Part shown: positions 39,832 to 48,907 of the stretch, one piece after another
How positions within the stretch are numbered: position 1 is the first letter of the stretch
Layout: each line of letters begins with the position of its first letter
Assembly: GCA_947085655.1 (NCBI GenBank)
Contig: CAMTXH010000003.1
Coordinates: 29,850 to 93,849, forward strand
Direction of reading: 5' to 3'
From: an uncultured Omnitrophica bacterium
GTDB lineage: Bacteria > Omnitrophota > Gorgyraeia > JACQQV01
Length of the DNA: 64,000 nucleotides
Position numbers and translations under genes: made by a program
The notes under the pieces: model-generated
Told to the model about the DNA's origin: nothing
Databases searched by the model: none
The model's input: only the letters and a program-made list of their open reading frames with translations

Positions 39832-41270
39832 TGAGCGATTACGAACCGGTCATCGGTCTTGAGGTGCATGTGGAACTCTCCACCGAGACCAAGGTTTTCT
39901 GCGGCTGCCCGACCCGTTTCGGGGCGGAGCCAAATACGCAGACCTGTCCGGTTTGTCTGGGGTTTCCCGGGTCGCTGCCGGTCTTAAACCGGAAAGCACT
40001 TGAATACGGCATCAAAACGGCCCTCGCTCTTCATGGGACGATCTCCCCCCTCATCAAATTTGACCGGAAAAATTATTTTTACCCTGATCTTCCGAAAAAC
40101 TACCAGATCTCCCAATACGATCTTCCCCTTGGGAGAGGCGGGTACATCATGGTGGAAGGGGATACCGGAAAGAAAAAAATCCGGATTCACCGGGTTCATC
40201 TGGAGGAGGATACGGGGAAACTGATTCATCCGGAGGCAAGCCCCACGAGTCTTCTGGATTTCAACCGCTCGGGCATCCCTCTCCTTGAGATTGTGAGTGA
40301 GCCGGACATCCGGACGCCGGATGAGGCGCATGCGTATGCGACAGCCCTGAAAGCGAACCTTGAATATCTGGATGTGTCGGACTGCAACATGGAGCAGGGG
40401 AGTCTCCGGTGTGATACGAACGTCTCGGTCCGGAAGAAGGGACAAGAAACCTTCGGAACCAAAGTAGAGATCAAAAATCTCAACTCATTCCGCGCGGTCA
40501 AGTTGAGCGTGCAGTATGAAATCGACCGCCAGATCCGCCAACTGGAAGCGGGCGGGAAACTGGTTCAGGAAACAAGGCTCTGGGATCCGGCGAAAAACGC
40601 GACTTTTCCGATGCGCTCGAAGGAGTATGCGCATGACTACCGTTATTTCCCGGAGCCGGACCTTGTCCCGTTTGTTCTTTCCAAAGGGGAAATCGAAGCG
40701 CTCCGGGAAACGATTCCGGAACTTCCGGAGGAGCGGATGGAACGGTTTGTGAAGGGCTATCAACTCCCCCCTTATGACGCCAAGGTGTTGACGAGTGAGA
40801 AGGCCCTTTCCGACTACTTTGAGGCCTCTGTCCGGCTTTTTTCGAATCCCAAGCAAGTTGCCAACTGGGTGATCGGTCCCGTATTAGAGCATGCCAAGAC
40901 TCCGGAAGGGATCGCCTCTTTTGCCGTTCCTCCGGAACGTCTGGTGGAACTCCTCCGGTTTCTGGAGTCGGGGAAAATCACCCAACTGGCGGCCAAACAG
41001 GTTCTGGAGGAGATGGTGCGGACAAAAGAACCGGCCGCCGCCGTGATCCAGCGCGAGAATCTCTCTCAAATCCAGGATACGGGGACCCTGGAACACCTCA
41101 TTCAGGAGGCGATTCGGGAAAATCCGAAGACGGTCGCAGACTACCATCAGGGGAAAGAAAATGCTATGATGTATCTGATAGGCCAGGTGATGAAAAAGAC
41201 AAAAGGAAGCGCCAATCCCAAAAAAGTGAATGTACTTCTCAAGGAAAAATTGGAGGAGGCAAAACCATGA
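39828..41270 (+). CDS. gatB: Glu-tRNA(Gln) amidotransferase subunit B
   Basis: The 480-aa product belongs to the GatB/YqeY family. Confidence 0.95.
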   Translation: MMSDYEPVIGLEVHVELSTETKVFCGCPTRFGAEPNTQTCPVCLGFPGSLPVLNRKALEYGIKTALALHGTISPLIKFDRKNYFYPDLPKNYQISQYDLPLGRGGYIMVEGDTGKKKIRIHRVHLEEDTGKLIHPEASPTSLLDFNRSGIPLLEIVSEPDIRTPDEAHAYATALKANLEYLDVSDCNMEQGSLRCDTNVSVRKKGQETFGTKVEIKNLNSFRAVKLSVQYEIDRQIRQLEAGGKLVQETRLWDPAKNATFPMRSKEYAHDYRYFPEPDLVPFVLSKGEIEALRETIPELPEERMERFVKGYQLPPYDAKVLTSEKALSDYFEASVRLFSNPKQVANWVIGPVLEHAKTPEGIASFAVPPERLVELLRFLESGKITQLAAKQVLEEMVRTKEPAAAVIQRENLSQIQDTGTLEHLIQEAIRENPKTVADYHQGKENAMMYLIGQVMKKTKGSANPKKVNVLLKEKLEEAKP

Positions 41271-42553
41271 AGAAGCGTCTTTTGGGGGTCCTGCTGCTTT
41301 TGTTTCTCTTCGGTGCCGGTTCGTTTTCCCTGAATGCCGCCGAGAAGCCCGCGAAGGAAGAAAGCAATTTCTATGAGGACCTGGAGCTCTTCACGGACGC
41401 CCTTTCCATCATTCAGCTCGATTATGTGGAGGAAAAGACCTCCAAGGATCTGATTTACGGGGCGCTCAAGGGGATGCTGAAGAGTCTGGATCCCCACAGT
41501 CAGTTCATGACGCCGGACATCTATCAGGAGGTCAAGATCGAAACCGAGGGGGAATTCGGGGGACTCGGTATCGAAATCACCATTCAGGATGAACTCCTCA
41601 CGATTATTTCCCCCATTGATGACACCCCCGCCCACCGGGCCGGACTGAGGGCGGGGGACCGGATCGTCAAAATCGACGGAGAACTCACCCGCGACATCAC
41701 CCTTCTGGATGCGGTCAAGAAACTCCGCGGAAAACCGGGGACCGAGGTCACGTTGAGCATCTTGCGGGAAAAGGAGGAAAAGCTCATGGACCTGAAGGTT
41801 GTCCGGGACGTGATCAAAATTAAAAGCATCAAGGAAGCGGAGATCCTGGGGGACGATATCGGTTATATCCGGCTCTCCGAGTTTCAGGAAAATACCCCCC
41901 GTGACCTTAACCGCGCATTGAAGCAACTGGAGGATAAAAAGATCAAGGGTTTGGTGCTGGATCTCCGGAATAACCCCGGAGGACTTTTGAATACCGCAGT
42001 GTCCGTTGCGGAACATTTTGTTCCGAAAGGGGAATTGATCGTTTACACGAAAGGGAGGAGGGAAAACCAGGATATCGAATTCCGCTCGCGGGGCAGATAT
42101 GCCCCGCCCTCTTATCCGGTTGTGGTTTTGATTAACGGGGGATCCGCCAGCGGTTCGGAAATTCTGGCGGGGGCGATTCAAGATCATCGGCAGGGGATCC
42201 TTCTCGGGACAAAGACGTTCGGAAAGGGATCCGTCCAGACGGTCGTGCCGCTCAAAGACGGTTCGGCGGTCCGGTTGACAACGAGCAAATACTACACTCC
42301 CAAGGGCCGGATGATTCACGAAAAGGGGATTGAGCCGGATGTGGAGGTCCCTTTTGTGGAGCGGAAGGTCCCCGAGAAGGAAAAGAGCGAAGAAGTCTTC
42401 GAAAAAATTGAAGAAGAAAAAGAGACCGAAGAGACCAAAGAAGAAAAGGAAAGAAAGCGAAAGTTGCAGGAAAAAGTCTTTCTGGATAATCAACTGGAAC
42501 GGGCCATCGACCTGATCAAAGGGATTGATGTCTATCGGACCATCGGCGGATGA
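41267..42553 (+). CDS. ctpA: carboxyl-terminal processing protease (S41)
   Basis: The product has a signal peptide, a PDZ domain and an S41 catalytic domain. It has a Lys/Glu-rich C-terminus. Confidence 0.9.
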   Translation: MKKRLLGVLLLLFLFGAGSFSLNAAEKPAKEESNFYEDLELFTDALSIIQLDYVEEKTSKDLIYGALKGMLKSLDPHSQFMTPDIYQEVKIETEGEFGGLGIEITIQDELLTIISPIDDTPAHRAGLRAGDRIVKIDGELTRDITLLDAVKKLRGKPGTEVTLSILREKEEKLMDLKVVRDVIKIKSIKEAEILGDDIGYIRLSEFQENTPRDLNRALKQLEDKKIKGLVLDLRNNPGGLLNTAVSVAEHFVPKGELIVYTKGRRENQDIEFRSRGRYAPPSYPVVVLINGGSASGSEILAGAIQDHRQGILLGTKTFGKGSVQTVVPLKDGSAVRLTTSKYYTPKGRMIHEKGIEPDVEVPFVERKVPEKEKSEEVFEKIEEEKETEETKEEKERKRKLQEKVFLDNQLERAIDLIKGIDVYRTIGG

Positions 42554-42567
42554 AAGGAAAGGATCCG

Positions 42568-43569
42568 ATGCATGTCTTGGGAATTGAAAGTTCCTGTGAC
42601 GAGACCGCCTGTTCCGTGGTGAGGGACGGGATGGAGATTCTCTCGAATGTCGTTGCTACCAGTCTCGAGGAGCACCGCCGTTACGGGGGCGTGATTCCCG
42701 AAATTGCCTCCCGCTCTCATGTGGAATGGCTCATCCCGGTCCTGGAAGAAGCCCTTTCAAAAGCAGAGCTTTCCTACCGGGAGATCGATTTGATTGCGGC
42801 CACGCAAGGTCCAGGTCTGCCCGGGTCTCTTTTGGTCGGGCTTTCAGCGGCAAAAGCGCTCAGTTTCGCGCGGGAGATTCCCTTCATCGGTGTGGACCAT
42901 CTTCACGCCCATCTCTACGCCTGCTTGATGCAGCCGGGTCCCCCCTCTTTTCCTTTTGTCGGGATGGTTGTCTCCGGGGGGCACACCGCCCTTTTCTGGA
43001 TAGAGGATGTCCACCGGATCCGTCGGATCGCCGAAACCCAGGATGATGCTTGCGGGGAAGCGTTTGACAAAGTTGCAAAGATTCTCGGGCTCGGATATCC
43101 GGGGGGACCAGAAGTCGAAAAGCGGGCGCGGGCGGGAAATCCGTCTCGATTCCGCTTTCCGCCACCGAGGGTTCAGGAAGGGTCCCTGGACTTCAGTTTC
43201 AGCGGCATCAAAACAGCGGTCTTGTATCAGGTGAAAGATCTTCCAAAACCCCTGACGGAAAAAGTCGTTCAAGATCTTTGCGCCGGTTTCCAGGAGACAG
43301 TCATTCAGACGCTGAGTAACCATGCCCTTGAGGCCTGTCGGCGTTTTAAAGCGGAGGCGCTTCTGGTCGGAGGAGGGGTCATTGCCAATCAGGCGCTCCG
43401 GGAGGCCCTGGAAAAACGCTTTGTGAAAGAGAACCGCCAAGTCCTTTTCCCGCCGAAGGGGCTTTCCCTTGATAATGCGGCGATGGTGGCGGGTCTGGGC
43501 TACCATCTTTATCGGAAGGGACTCCACTCCCAACTCGATCTTGGAGTTGAACCGCTTGGGGTGAATTGA
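42568..43569 (+). CDS. tsaD: tRNA N6-adenosine threonylcarbamoyltransferase
   Basis: The product starts MHVLGIESSCDETA. An RBS AAAGGAAAGGA is present. The ORF-track start at 42550 overlaps ctpA. Confidence 0.9.
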   Translation: MHVLGIESSCDETACSVVRDGMEILSNVVATSLEEHRRYGGVIPEIASRSHVEWLIPVLEEALSKAELSYREIDLIAATQGPGLPGSLLVGLSAAKALSFAREIPFIGVDHLHAHLYACLMQPGPPSFPFVGMVVSGGHTALFWIEDVHRIRRIAETQDDACGEAFDKVAKILGLGYPGGPEVEKRARAGNPSRFRFPPPRVQEGSLDFSFSGIKTAVLYQVKDLPKPLTEKVVQDLCAGFQETVIQTLSNHALEACRRFKAEALLVGGGVIANQALREALEKRFVKENRQVLFPPKGLSLDNAAMVAGLGYHLYRKGLHSQLDLGVEPLGVN

Positions 43570-43571
43570 AC

Positions 43572-44225
43572 ATGAACGGAATGGACATTCTTTTTCGGTT
43601 GCTTCTGGCTCTTTTGTTCGGAGGGGTGATTGGGTTTGAACGGGAGCGCCAGGGGCGGGCGGCCGGGTTCAGGACCCATATTTTGGTTTGCGTCGGGGCC
43701 TGTCTTGTGATGTGCCTTGGACTCTATTTGGCCGAACAGTATCCGAATTCTGACCCTTCCCGGATTGCGGCGCATGTCATCAGCGGCATCGGTTTTCTGG
43801 GAGCAGGGACGATTCTCCGGTTTCGTGTTTCTGTCCGGGGGCTGACCACCGCAGCGAGTCTCTGGACCGTTTCTGTCATCGGCCTTGCGGTCGGCGCCGG
43901 TTTCTATTTGGCCGCCCTCCTTGCCACCGGTGCGGTTTTGGTCACCCTTTACTGGCTCAATTTTCTGGTGGACAGAGTGATGACCCGGCGGGACTGGTAC
44001 CGGATGCTCCTTCTTGAAATGACCGGCAGTTTTGAAGGACTCCAGAATATCCGGGAAATCCTCGCCGCCTACCATGCGGAGATCAAGGATTTCAACATCG
44101 AAAAAAAAGAGGGCGGAACGGTTTCTTTAAGTTTGGACCTGCGACTTCTTTCTCCCCGGGATGAGGAGCCGATTGCCAAGGAGCTGTCAGGGTTGGAAGA
44201 CGTCAAACGGGCGGTTTGGAAGTAA
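43572..44225 (+). CDS. mgtC: MgtC/SapB family membrane protein
   Basis: The product has the MgtC N-terminal domain (GFERE..). The ATG follows a GGGGTGA RBS. Confidence 0.8.
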   Translation: MNGMDILFRLLLALLFGGVIGFERERQGRAAGFRTHILVCVGACLVMCLGLYLAEQYPNSDPSRIAAHVISGIGFLGAGTILRFRVSVRGLTTAASLWTVSVIGLAVGAGFYLAALLATGAVLVTLYWLNFLVDRVMTRRDWYRMLLLEMTGSFEGLQNIREILAAYHAEIKDFNIEKKEGGTVSLSLDLRLLSPRDEEPIAKELSGLEDVKRAVWK

Positions 44226-44242
44226 AACGAAGGAGGGATCAC

Positions 44243-44782
44243 ATGGCGATATTACGCGGCAAGGGAAAGGTTGAGGAAAAAGTGCTGGATGTGGATGCCA
44301 GTATGCAGGGGACGCTTTCCTTCCGGGATCCGGTGAATCTGAAAATTAACGGCAAGTTTGAAGGGACACTGGATACGCGGGGATCCTTGACGGTCGGGGA
44401 CAATGCGGTGGTTCAGGCAAACATCAAGGGAGAGACCATTATCATTTCAGGGAAGGTAAGCGGGAACATTACGGCACAGGAGATTATCCGGATCCTCCCA
44501 CCGGGCGAGGTGATCGGCGATATCCAGACACCCCTTCTCGAAGTCCAGGAGGGGGCCATCTTTCACGGAAATTGTCAGATGGGCAAGACAAAATCCATTT
44601 CTTCAGGCGCAAGAAGAGAACTTCTCACCGCAGAGGAACTGGCGCGCTATCTGGAAGTGGAAACCTCCTCCATCTTGGAATGGGCCGAACGGGGAAAGAT
44701 CCCGGGGGTTCGGGAGGGGAATTTCTGGAAATTTGACCGCGCCAAGATTGACGAGTGGGTCACGAACGAAAAGCTGAAATAA
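44243..44782 (+). CDS. bactofilin domain protein fused to C-terminal HTH (excisionase/MerR-type) DNA-binding domain
   Basis: The bactofilin beta-helix repeats read KINGKFEGTLDTRGSLTVGDNAVVQANIKGETIIISGKVSGNITA. The C-terminal HTH region reads LLTAEELARYLEVETSSILEWAERGKIPGV...WKFDRAKIDEWV. An AAGGAGG RBS is present. Confidence 0.7.
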   Translation: MAILRGKGKVEEKVLDVDASMQGTLSFRDPVNLKINGKFEGTLDTRGSLTVGDNAVVQANIKGETIIISGKVSGNITAQEIIRILPPGEVIGDIQTPLLEVQEGAIFHGNCQMGKTKSISSGARRELLTAEELARYLEVETSSILEWAERGKIPGVREGNFWKFDRAKIDEWVTNEKLK

Positions 44783-44788
44783 GGGATT

Positions 44789-45091
44789 GTGGAGGAAAAA
44801 CTTTTAAACATCAACGAGGCGGCGGCGGTCCTTTCGCTATCGATTCAGGATGTGGAGTTCCTGGTCAACGAAGGGAAAATCCCGGCCTTTCATCTGGACG
44901 GCAAGTATCTCCGCTTCCGGCGTGAAGATCTGGTTGCTTACCGGAGGACGGTTTTCTACCAGTCGGAGGAAGGAGGGGTAGTCCGATATACGTTAGGGGA
45001 CGGCCTTCACGACTTCTTTTATTTTAACGACTTCTACCTTTTTTCCCTCCTTTTCATTTTCCTCATCCTCTTTAGCATCCTGAAGATCTGA
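44789..45091 (+). CDS. small HTH (excisionase-family) domain protein with hydrophobic C-terminal tail
   Basis: The N-terminus reads LLNINEAAAVLSLSIQDVEFLVNEGKIPAFHLDGKYLRFRREDL. The C-terminus FYLFSLLFIFLILFSIL looks like a membrane anchor. It has a GTG start. Confidence 0.55.
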   Translation: MEEKLLNINEAAAVLSLSIQDVEFLVNEGKIPAFHLDGKYLRFRREDLVAYRRTVFYQSEEGGVVRYTLGDGLHDFFYFNDFYLFSLLFIFLILFSILKI

Positions 45092-45156
45092 ATTTCCCTT
45101 CCGACCGCATGTTACATTGATAAAATTGTAAATGTAACCTGTTGTGTCACAAGGAC

Positions 45157-45185
45157 TTGACACTTTACCCGAGGTGTGGTATACT
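45157..45185 (+). promoter_or_regulatory. sigma70 promoter TTGACA-N17-TATACT about 200 nt upstream of pilin gene; inverted repeat GTTACATT-N12-AATGTAAC (45111-45138) just upstream
   Basis: Read from the sequence. Confidence 0.6.
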
Positions 45186-45199
45186 TTTTCCCGCATACC

Positions 45200-45370
45200 G
45201 ATAAGGGCAAACCGCGGGAGACCGCGGGACATCCGCGAGTGAGGCATTCATCCTCCGGATTCCCCGCCAGAGCGGCGGGGAGCAAAGCCATGGGTCCTTA
45301 AAACGGTGAAGGGTGTCAGAACACCTAACACCACACGCCGTTTTACAGGATCGCCAGGCTGCCGAAGTAA
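45200..45370 (+). promoter_or_regulatory. structured 5' leader with c-di-GMP-I (GEMM)-like motifs
   Basis: GGGCAAACC-CCGCGG-GAGA-CCGCGG-GAC (45205-45230) mirrors the Vc2 riboswitch P2 arm GGGCAAACC-stem-GNRA-stem-GGGAC. GCAAAGCC lies at 45282-45289. Further hairpins are CCCCGCC-agag-GGCGGGG and UAAAACGG...CCGUUUUA. The spacing between the two motif blocks is longer than in the canonical aptamer. Confidence 0.3.
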
Positions 45371-45386
45371 CGAAGGAGAATGCCTC

Positions 45387-45842
45387 ATGAGAAAACGGGA
45401 AAAGGGATTTACCCTTGTCGAAGTCTTAACTACCTCTTGCATTGTCTCCCTGATTGCCCTCCTGGCGATACCCAATTTTGTCAGGGTTTGGCAGGATGTG
45501 AATGAAAGGACCGCCCAGGAAACACTCCGGACCATTCACCAGGCGATGATTTCCTACCGGGGATTCAATTTAAGTTATCCATCCGATCTTACGGAATTGG
45601 CCGATTCCCAAGGGGGCCCTTACTATCTGAATCAGAGTGTGGCAAGCGGGAAAAAATCGGGCTACCTTTATCGTCTGGATTCGAGCGACAAATATACGTT
45701 CCGCGTTACCGCGATTCCAGAAAATCCCGGTGTGAGCGGAAAACGGTCCTTTGTCGTGACGGAAGCAGGCCTTATCGAGACAAACTCCAGTACTGTCACC
45801 ATTGTTCCGAACGCCACAGAACCTGGCCTGGACGGCAGGTAA
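45387..45842 (+). CDS. type IV pilin / pseudopilin (prepilin-type N-terminal cleavage/methylation domain)
   Basis: MRKREKGFTLVEVLTTSCIVSLIALLAIP carries the class III signal G/FTLVE. A GAAGGAG RBS is present. Confidence 0.8.
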   Translation: MRKREKGFTLVEVLTTSCIVSLIALLAIPNFVRVWQDVNERTAQETLRTIHQAMISYRGFNLSYPSDLTELADSQGGPYYLNQSVASGKKSGYLYRLDSSDKYTFRVTAIPENPGVSGKRSFVVTEAGLIETNSSTVTIVPNATEPGLDGR

Positions 45843-45873
45843 TAATAGCCCTCTTCAAACCCCCAGAATTCTC

Positions 45874-45902
45874 TTGATTTTTCGTACATAATATAGTATA
45901 AT
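45874..45902 (+). promoter_or_regulatory. sigma70 promoter TTGATT-N17-TATAAT upstream of TPR protein gene
   Basis: Read from the sequence. Confidence 0.55.
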
Positions 45903-45929
45903 ATAACGAGTTATAACTTTGGAGGATTC

Positions 45930-48797
45930 GTGTCCAGACGGAAAATAATTTTTCTTTTTATCCCAATTTTTCTTTTATCGACTCCTTTAGAAGGGGCGGT
46001 GAATGAAGATGCAATCCGCTACCGGATCCGGGGCTACCAACTCCAGCACCAGGGCTATGTGGAGGAAGCGATCGAACTCTACCGGAAGGCGATCGAGGCG
46101 GACCCGAACTATGCTGCTCCCCACAATGACCTGGGCGTCATTTACGAAGAACGGGGGGATCTGAAACTGGCGGAAGGGGAGTACCTGGAAACACTCCGGA
46201 TCGACCCCCAATACGTCGATGCCTATTCCAATCTTGCCATTCTCTACGGCAAACAGAATCAAAGAGAAAAGATGCTTGAAATGCTGAAAAAGCGGGTTGA
46301 CTTGGGGGAGCCGGAGGATATCGGAACCCGCGAGGCGCAGGCGAAACTGGATTCTTTGGGTGTGGTGACGGAAATTCCCGAGAAACCCCGGCCCGCTGTT
46401 CCTCCTTTTGAGAAAAGACCTTCTGCCGAAATCAGGCCCCTGAAGGAGATTCCGGAAGCCCCTCCGGTTGTAGAGGCAAAGGAGGAGCAAAAGGCGCTCC
46501 GGGAGGAAATGAAGGCGGTTAAAAAGGAAATTTTAGAGAAAGAAACGGCTGCGCGAAAACTGGAGGATCGGGAGAAAGCGGTTCAGGTTGTTGAAGAGCC
46601 TGCTGCTGAAAAAGCGGCGGCACTCCGGAATGAAGGGTTGAAACACCACCAAAAGGGCGAGCTGGATGAGGCGATCCGGAATTACCGGGAGGCGATCCGC
46701 ATGAACCCCGATTTTGCAACCGCCTACAACGACCTGGGAATTGCCCTGGAGGAAAAAGGGTTTCTGGAAAACGCCGAGACCCAATACCTGAATGCACTGG
46801 CACTCGATCCTTCCTACACCCATGCCCTCTATAACCTCGCTCTTCTCTACGCCAAAATGGAACGGCGGAAAGAGGCGATTCAAACCCTTGAAGAATTTCT
46901 GAAAAAGAAAGTGGACAGCAAGCGGAGCGGCGTCGCCCGGGCCAAACTCGAAGTCCTTTTGAATGAGGAAAAAGAAGAGGCCGAGCGGCTTGCCCGGGAA
47001 CAAGAGGCCAAACGGCTCGAAGCAGAGGCGAAACGCCGCCAGGAGGAGGAAGCAAGGAAGCGGGAAGAGGCTTTGGCGTCTCTCCGGGGGGAAGTCGAGA
47101 AAGAGGTCAAAGCCGAATATGAAGAGAAATTCAAACTGACCCAATTTTTTGAGCAGGGCAAGGTCGCTTTTCAAAACGGGGATTACCCGACGGCAAAAGA
47201 CCTCTTTGAAAAACTCCTCGTGATCGACCCGGAAAACGAAATGGGAAAAACCTATCTCGCCAAGGTTGAGGAAGCCGTTCAGGAAGCGGAACGGAAAAAA
47301 GAGATAGAAGCCGAAAGACAACGACAAGAGGCGGAAGAGGCGCGCCGGATGGAAGAGGAGAAAAGAGTGAAAGAGGAAGAGAAACAAAAGCGTACGACAG
47401 CCCTTTATGATGAAGCGAAAGAGATGTACCGTTCCGGCAATCTGGATAATGCCCTTCTCCGCTTTCAGGAGATTCTGATCCTCGAACCGGAACATCCCTA
47501 TGCAGGACGGTATGTGGATCGGATTCGGGAACGAAAAGAGGAACTTGAGGCGGAGAGGATCGCCCGTGAGAAGGCGGCCCGTGAGGAAGACCAGGCGCGC
47601 CGGCGCCAAATCGCCGAGTATTTTGAGGAAGCGGAAAAACAGGTTCGGGAGCGTTCCTACGACGAAGCAATCAAGACGTATCGAGAACTTCTTTTACTCG
47701 ACCCGGAGCATAAAGAGGCGAATCGACGGCTTGAGGAGATCCGGGAGACCCTCCGGAAAAAGAAAGAGGAAAAACATCTCGCCAAAATCCGCAAAAAAGA
47801 GACACGTCTTGAAGGTGCCGAGAAGCGGATGAAAGAATCGGCTCAGACGTATTACCAAGCAGGGCTCAAAGCGTTCCGGGAGGAAAAACTGGATCAGGCC
47901 GAATATGCGTTCCGAAAGGTCCTTTCATACGACAAAAGTCACAAAGAGGCGAATAAGCAGCTTGTCCTCTTGATGGAAAAACAGGCGGAGCTGGAGGCAA
48001 GGGTCTGGCGGGAGGAACAGGAGGCCATTTTCCGAAAGGAATACACCCCCGCCGAAGAAAAACGGCTTTACGAACGGGCAAAGGCGGCTTATGACGCGGG
48101 GGATTATCGGATGGCGCAGAAAACGCTCGAGTATCTCCTTTTTCTTGACCCGAATCATCCGTTTGCGCCGAGGGATCTGGATGAAGTGGAGGCCAAAATC
48201 CGGGTAGCGCATCAAAAGGAGGCGGTGGCCGAGGCGGCCCTCAAAAAGGAAGCTCGGAAAACCCTTTCCCGTCCTCCCTCTGTCAGTGTGACTGAACCTT
48301 TTCTCCGGGCTCAAACCAAGCCCCAGGAAATCCCCTATTTCCGGCCGTCCCCTTCCGATCGGCTGGATGCTTTCGTGGAGGATGAACCGGTTTGGACAGA
48401 CGCGCACCAGGCGATGGAAAGGGTCGCCCTTGCCTACCATCAGCAGGCGTATGACCTTCAACGTCAGAACGACGTTGAAGGGGCCATTGCCCAATACCGG
48501 AAGGCGATGGCGATCCGCTCGACACCGGGGGCGGCGAACAGTTTGGGTGTCTTGTATGAAAAGAAGGGATGGTACACCCAAGCGGAACAGTATTACAAAA
48601 AAGCGCTGAGACTTGATCCGGCGTATCTGGCGGCCCATACGAATCTGGCCCTTCTCTATGAGGATTTGGAGCGCAAGGAGGAGGCCCTGGCCCACTGGCG
48701 GATCCGGGCCGAGCAAGGGAAAAAGGGAGAGGCGTGGACTGAGCACGCCCGGCGCCGCCTTGAGGCGGTTCAGGCGGTTCCTGAAAAGAACCCTTGA
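45930..48797 (+). CDS. large secreted TPR-repeat protein with interspersed Lys/Glu/Arg-rich coiled-coil segments
   Basis: The 955-aa product has a signal peptide and a GTG start after a GGAGGA RBS. Pairs of TPR motifs (AxxYxNLGxxY) recur about 8 times and are separated by EEAERLAREQEAKRLE-type charged helices. Confidence 0.75.
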   Translation: MSRRKIIFLFIPIFLLSTPLEGAVNEDAIRYRIRGYQLQHQGYVEEAIELYRKAIEADPNYAAPHNDLGVIYEERGDLKLAEGEYLETLRIDPQYVDAYSNLAILYGKQNQREKMLEMLKKRVDLGEPEDIGTREAQAKLDSLGVVTEIPEKPRPAVPPFEKRPSAEIRPLKEIPEAPPVVEAKEEQKALREEMKAVKKEILEKETAARKLEDREKAVQVVEEPAAEKAAALRNEGLKHHQKGELDEAIRNYREAIRMNPDFATAYNDLGIALEEKGFLENAETQYLNALALDPSYTHALYNLALLYAKMERRKEAIQTLEEFLKKKVDSKRSGVARAKLEVLLNEEKEEAERLAREQEAKRLEAEAKRRQEEEARKREEALASLRGEVEKEVKAEYEEKFKLTQFFEQGKVAFQNGDYPTAKDLFEKLLVIDPENEMGKTYLAKVEEAVQEAERKKEIEAERQRQEAEEARRMEEEKRVKEEEKQKRTTALYDEAKEMYRSGNLDNALLRFQEILILEPEHPYAGRYVDRIRERKEELEAERIAREKAAREEDQARRRQIAEYFEEAEKQVRERSYDEAIKTYRELLLLDPEHKEANRRLEEIRETLRKKKEEKHLAKIRKKETRLEGAEKRMKESAQTYYQAGLKAFREEKLDQAEYAFRKVLSYDKSHKEANKQLVLLMEKQAELEARVWREEQEAIFRKEYTPAEEKRLYERAKAAYDAGDYRMAQKTLEYLLFLDPNHPFAPRDLDEVEAKIRVAHQKEAVAEAALKKEARKTLSRPPSVSVTEPFLRAQTKPQEIPYFRPSPSDRLDAFVEDEPVWTDAHQAMERVALAYHQQAYDLQRQNDVEGAIAQYRKAMAIRSTPGAANSLGVLYEKKGWYTQAEQYYKKALRLDPAYLAAHTNLALLYEDLERKEEALAHWRIRAEQGKKGEAWTEHARRRLEAVQAVPEKNP

Positions 48798-48822
48798 CAA
48801 CCCTCTAGGCGCAGGATATACT
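48794..48822 (+). promoter_or_regulatory. consensus sigma70 promoter TTGACA-N17-TATACT upstream of polA, immediately followed by GAAAACGTCCC motif
   Basis: Read from the sequence. Confidence 0.55.
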
Positions 48823-48907
48823 GAAAACGTCCCACATTTTTTCGTAAAATACCCACAAAATCTCATGTCGAGCCCGCGTCCCGTGTTTTCCCTTATGTGA
48901 TTCCCGA

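Noticed and set aside
43572-44225. MgtC called as a virulence or island marker
   Set aside because: The MgtC/SapB family is widespread in environmental bacteria. No island signals such as integrase, a tRNA flank or a GC shift occur here.
46533-48866. Several long minus-strand ORFs (358 aa, 313 aa and others) opposite the TPR/coiled-coil gene
   Set aside because: The repetitive GAG/GAA-rich coding sequence creates open antisense frames. Their translations are low-complexity Phe/Leu/Arg strings.
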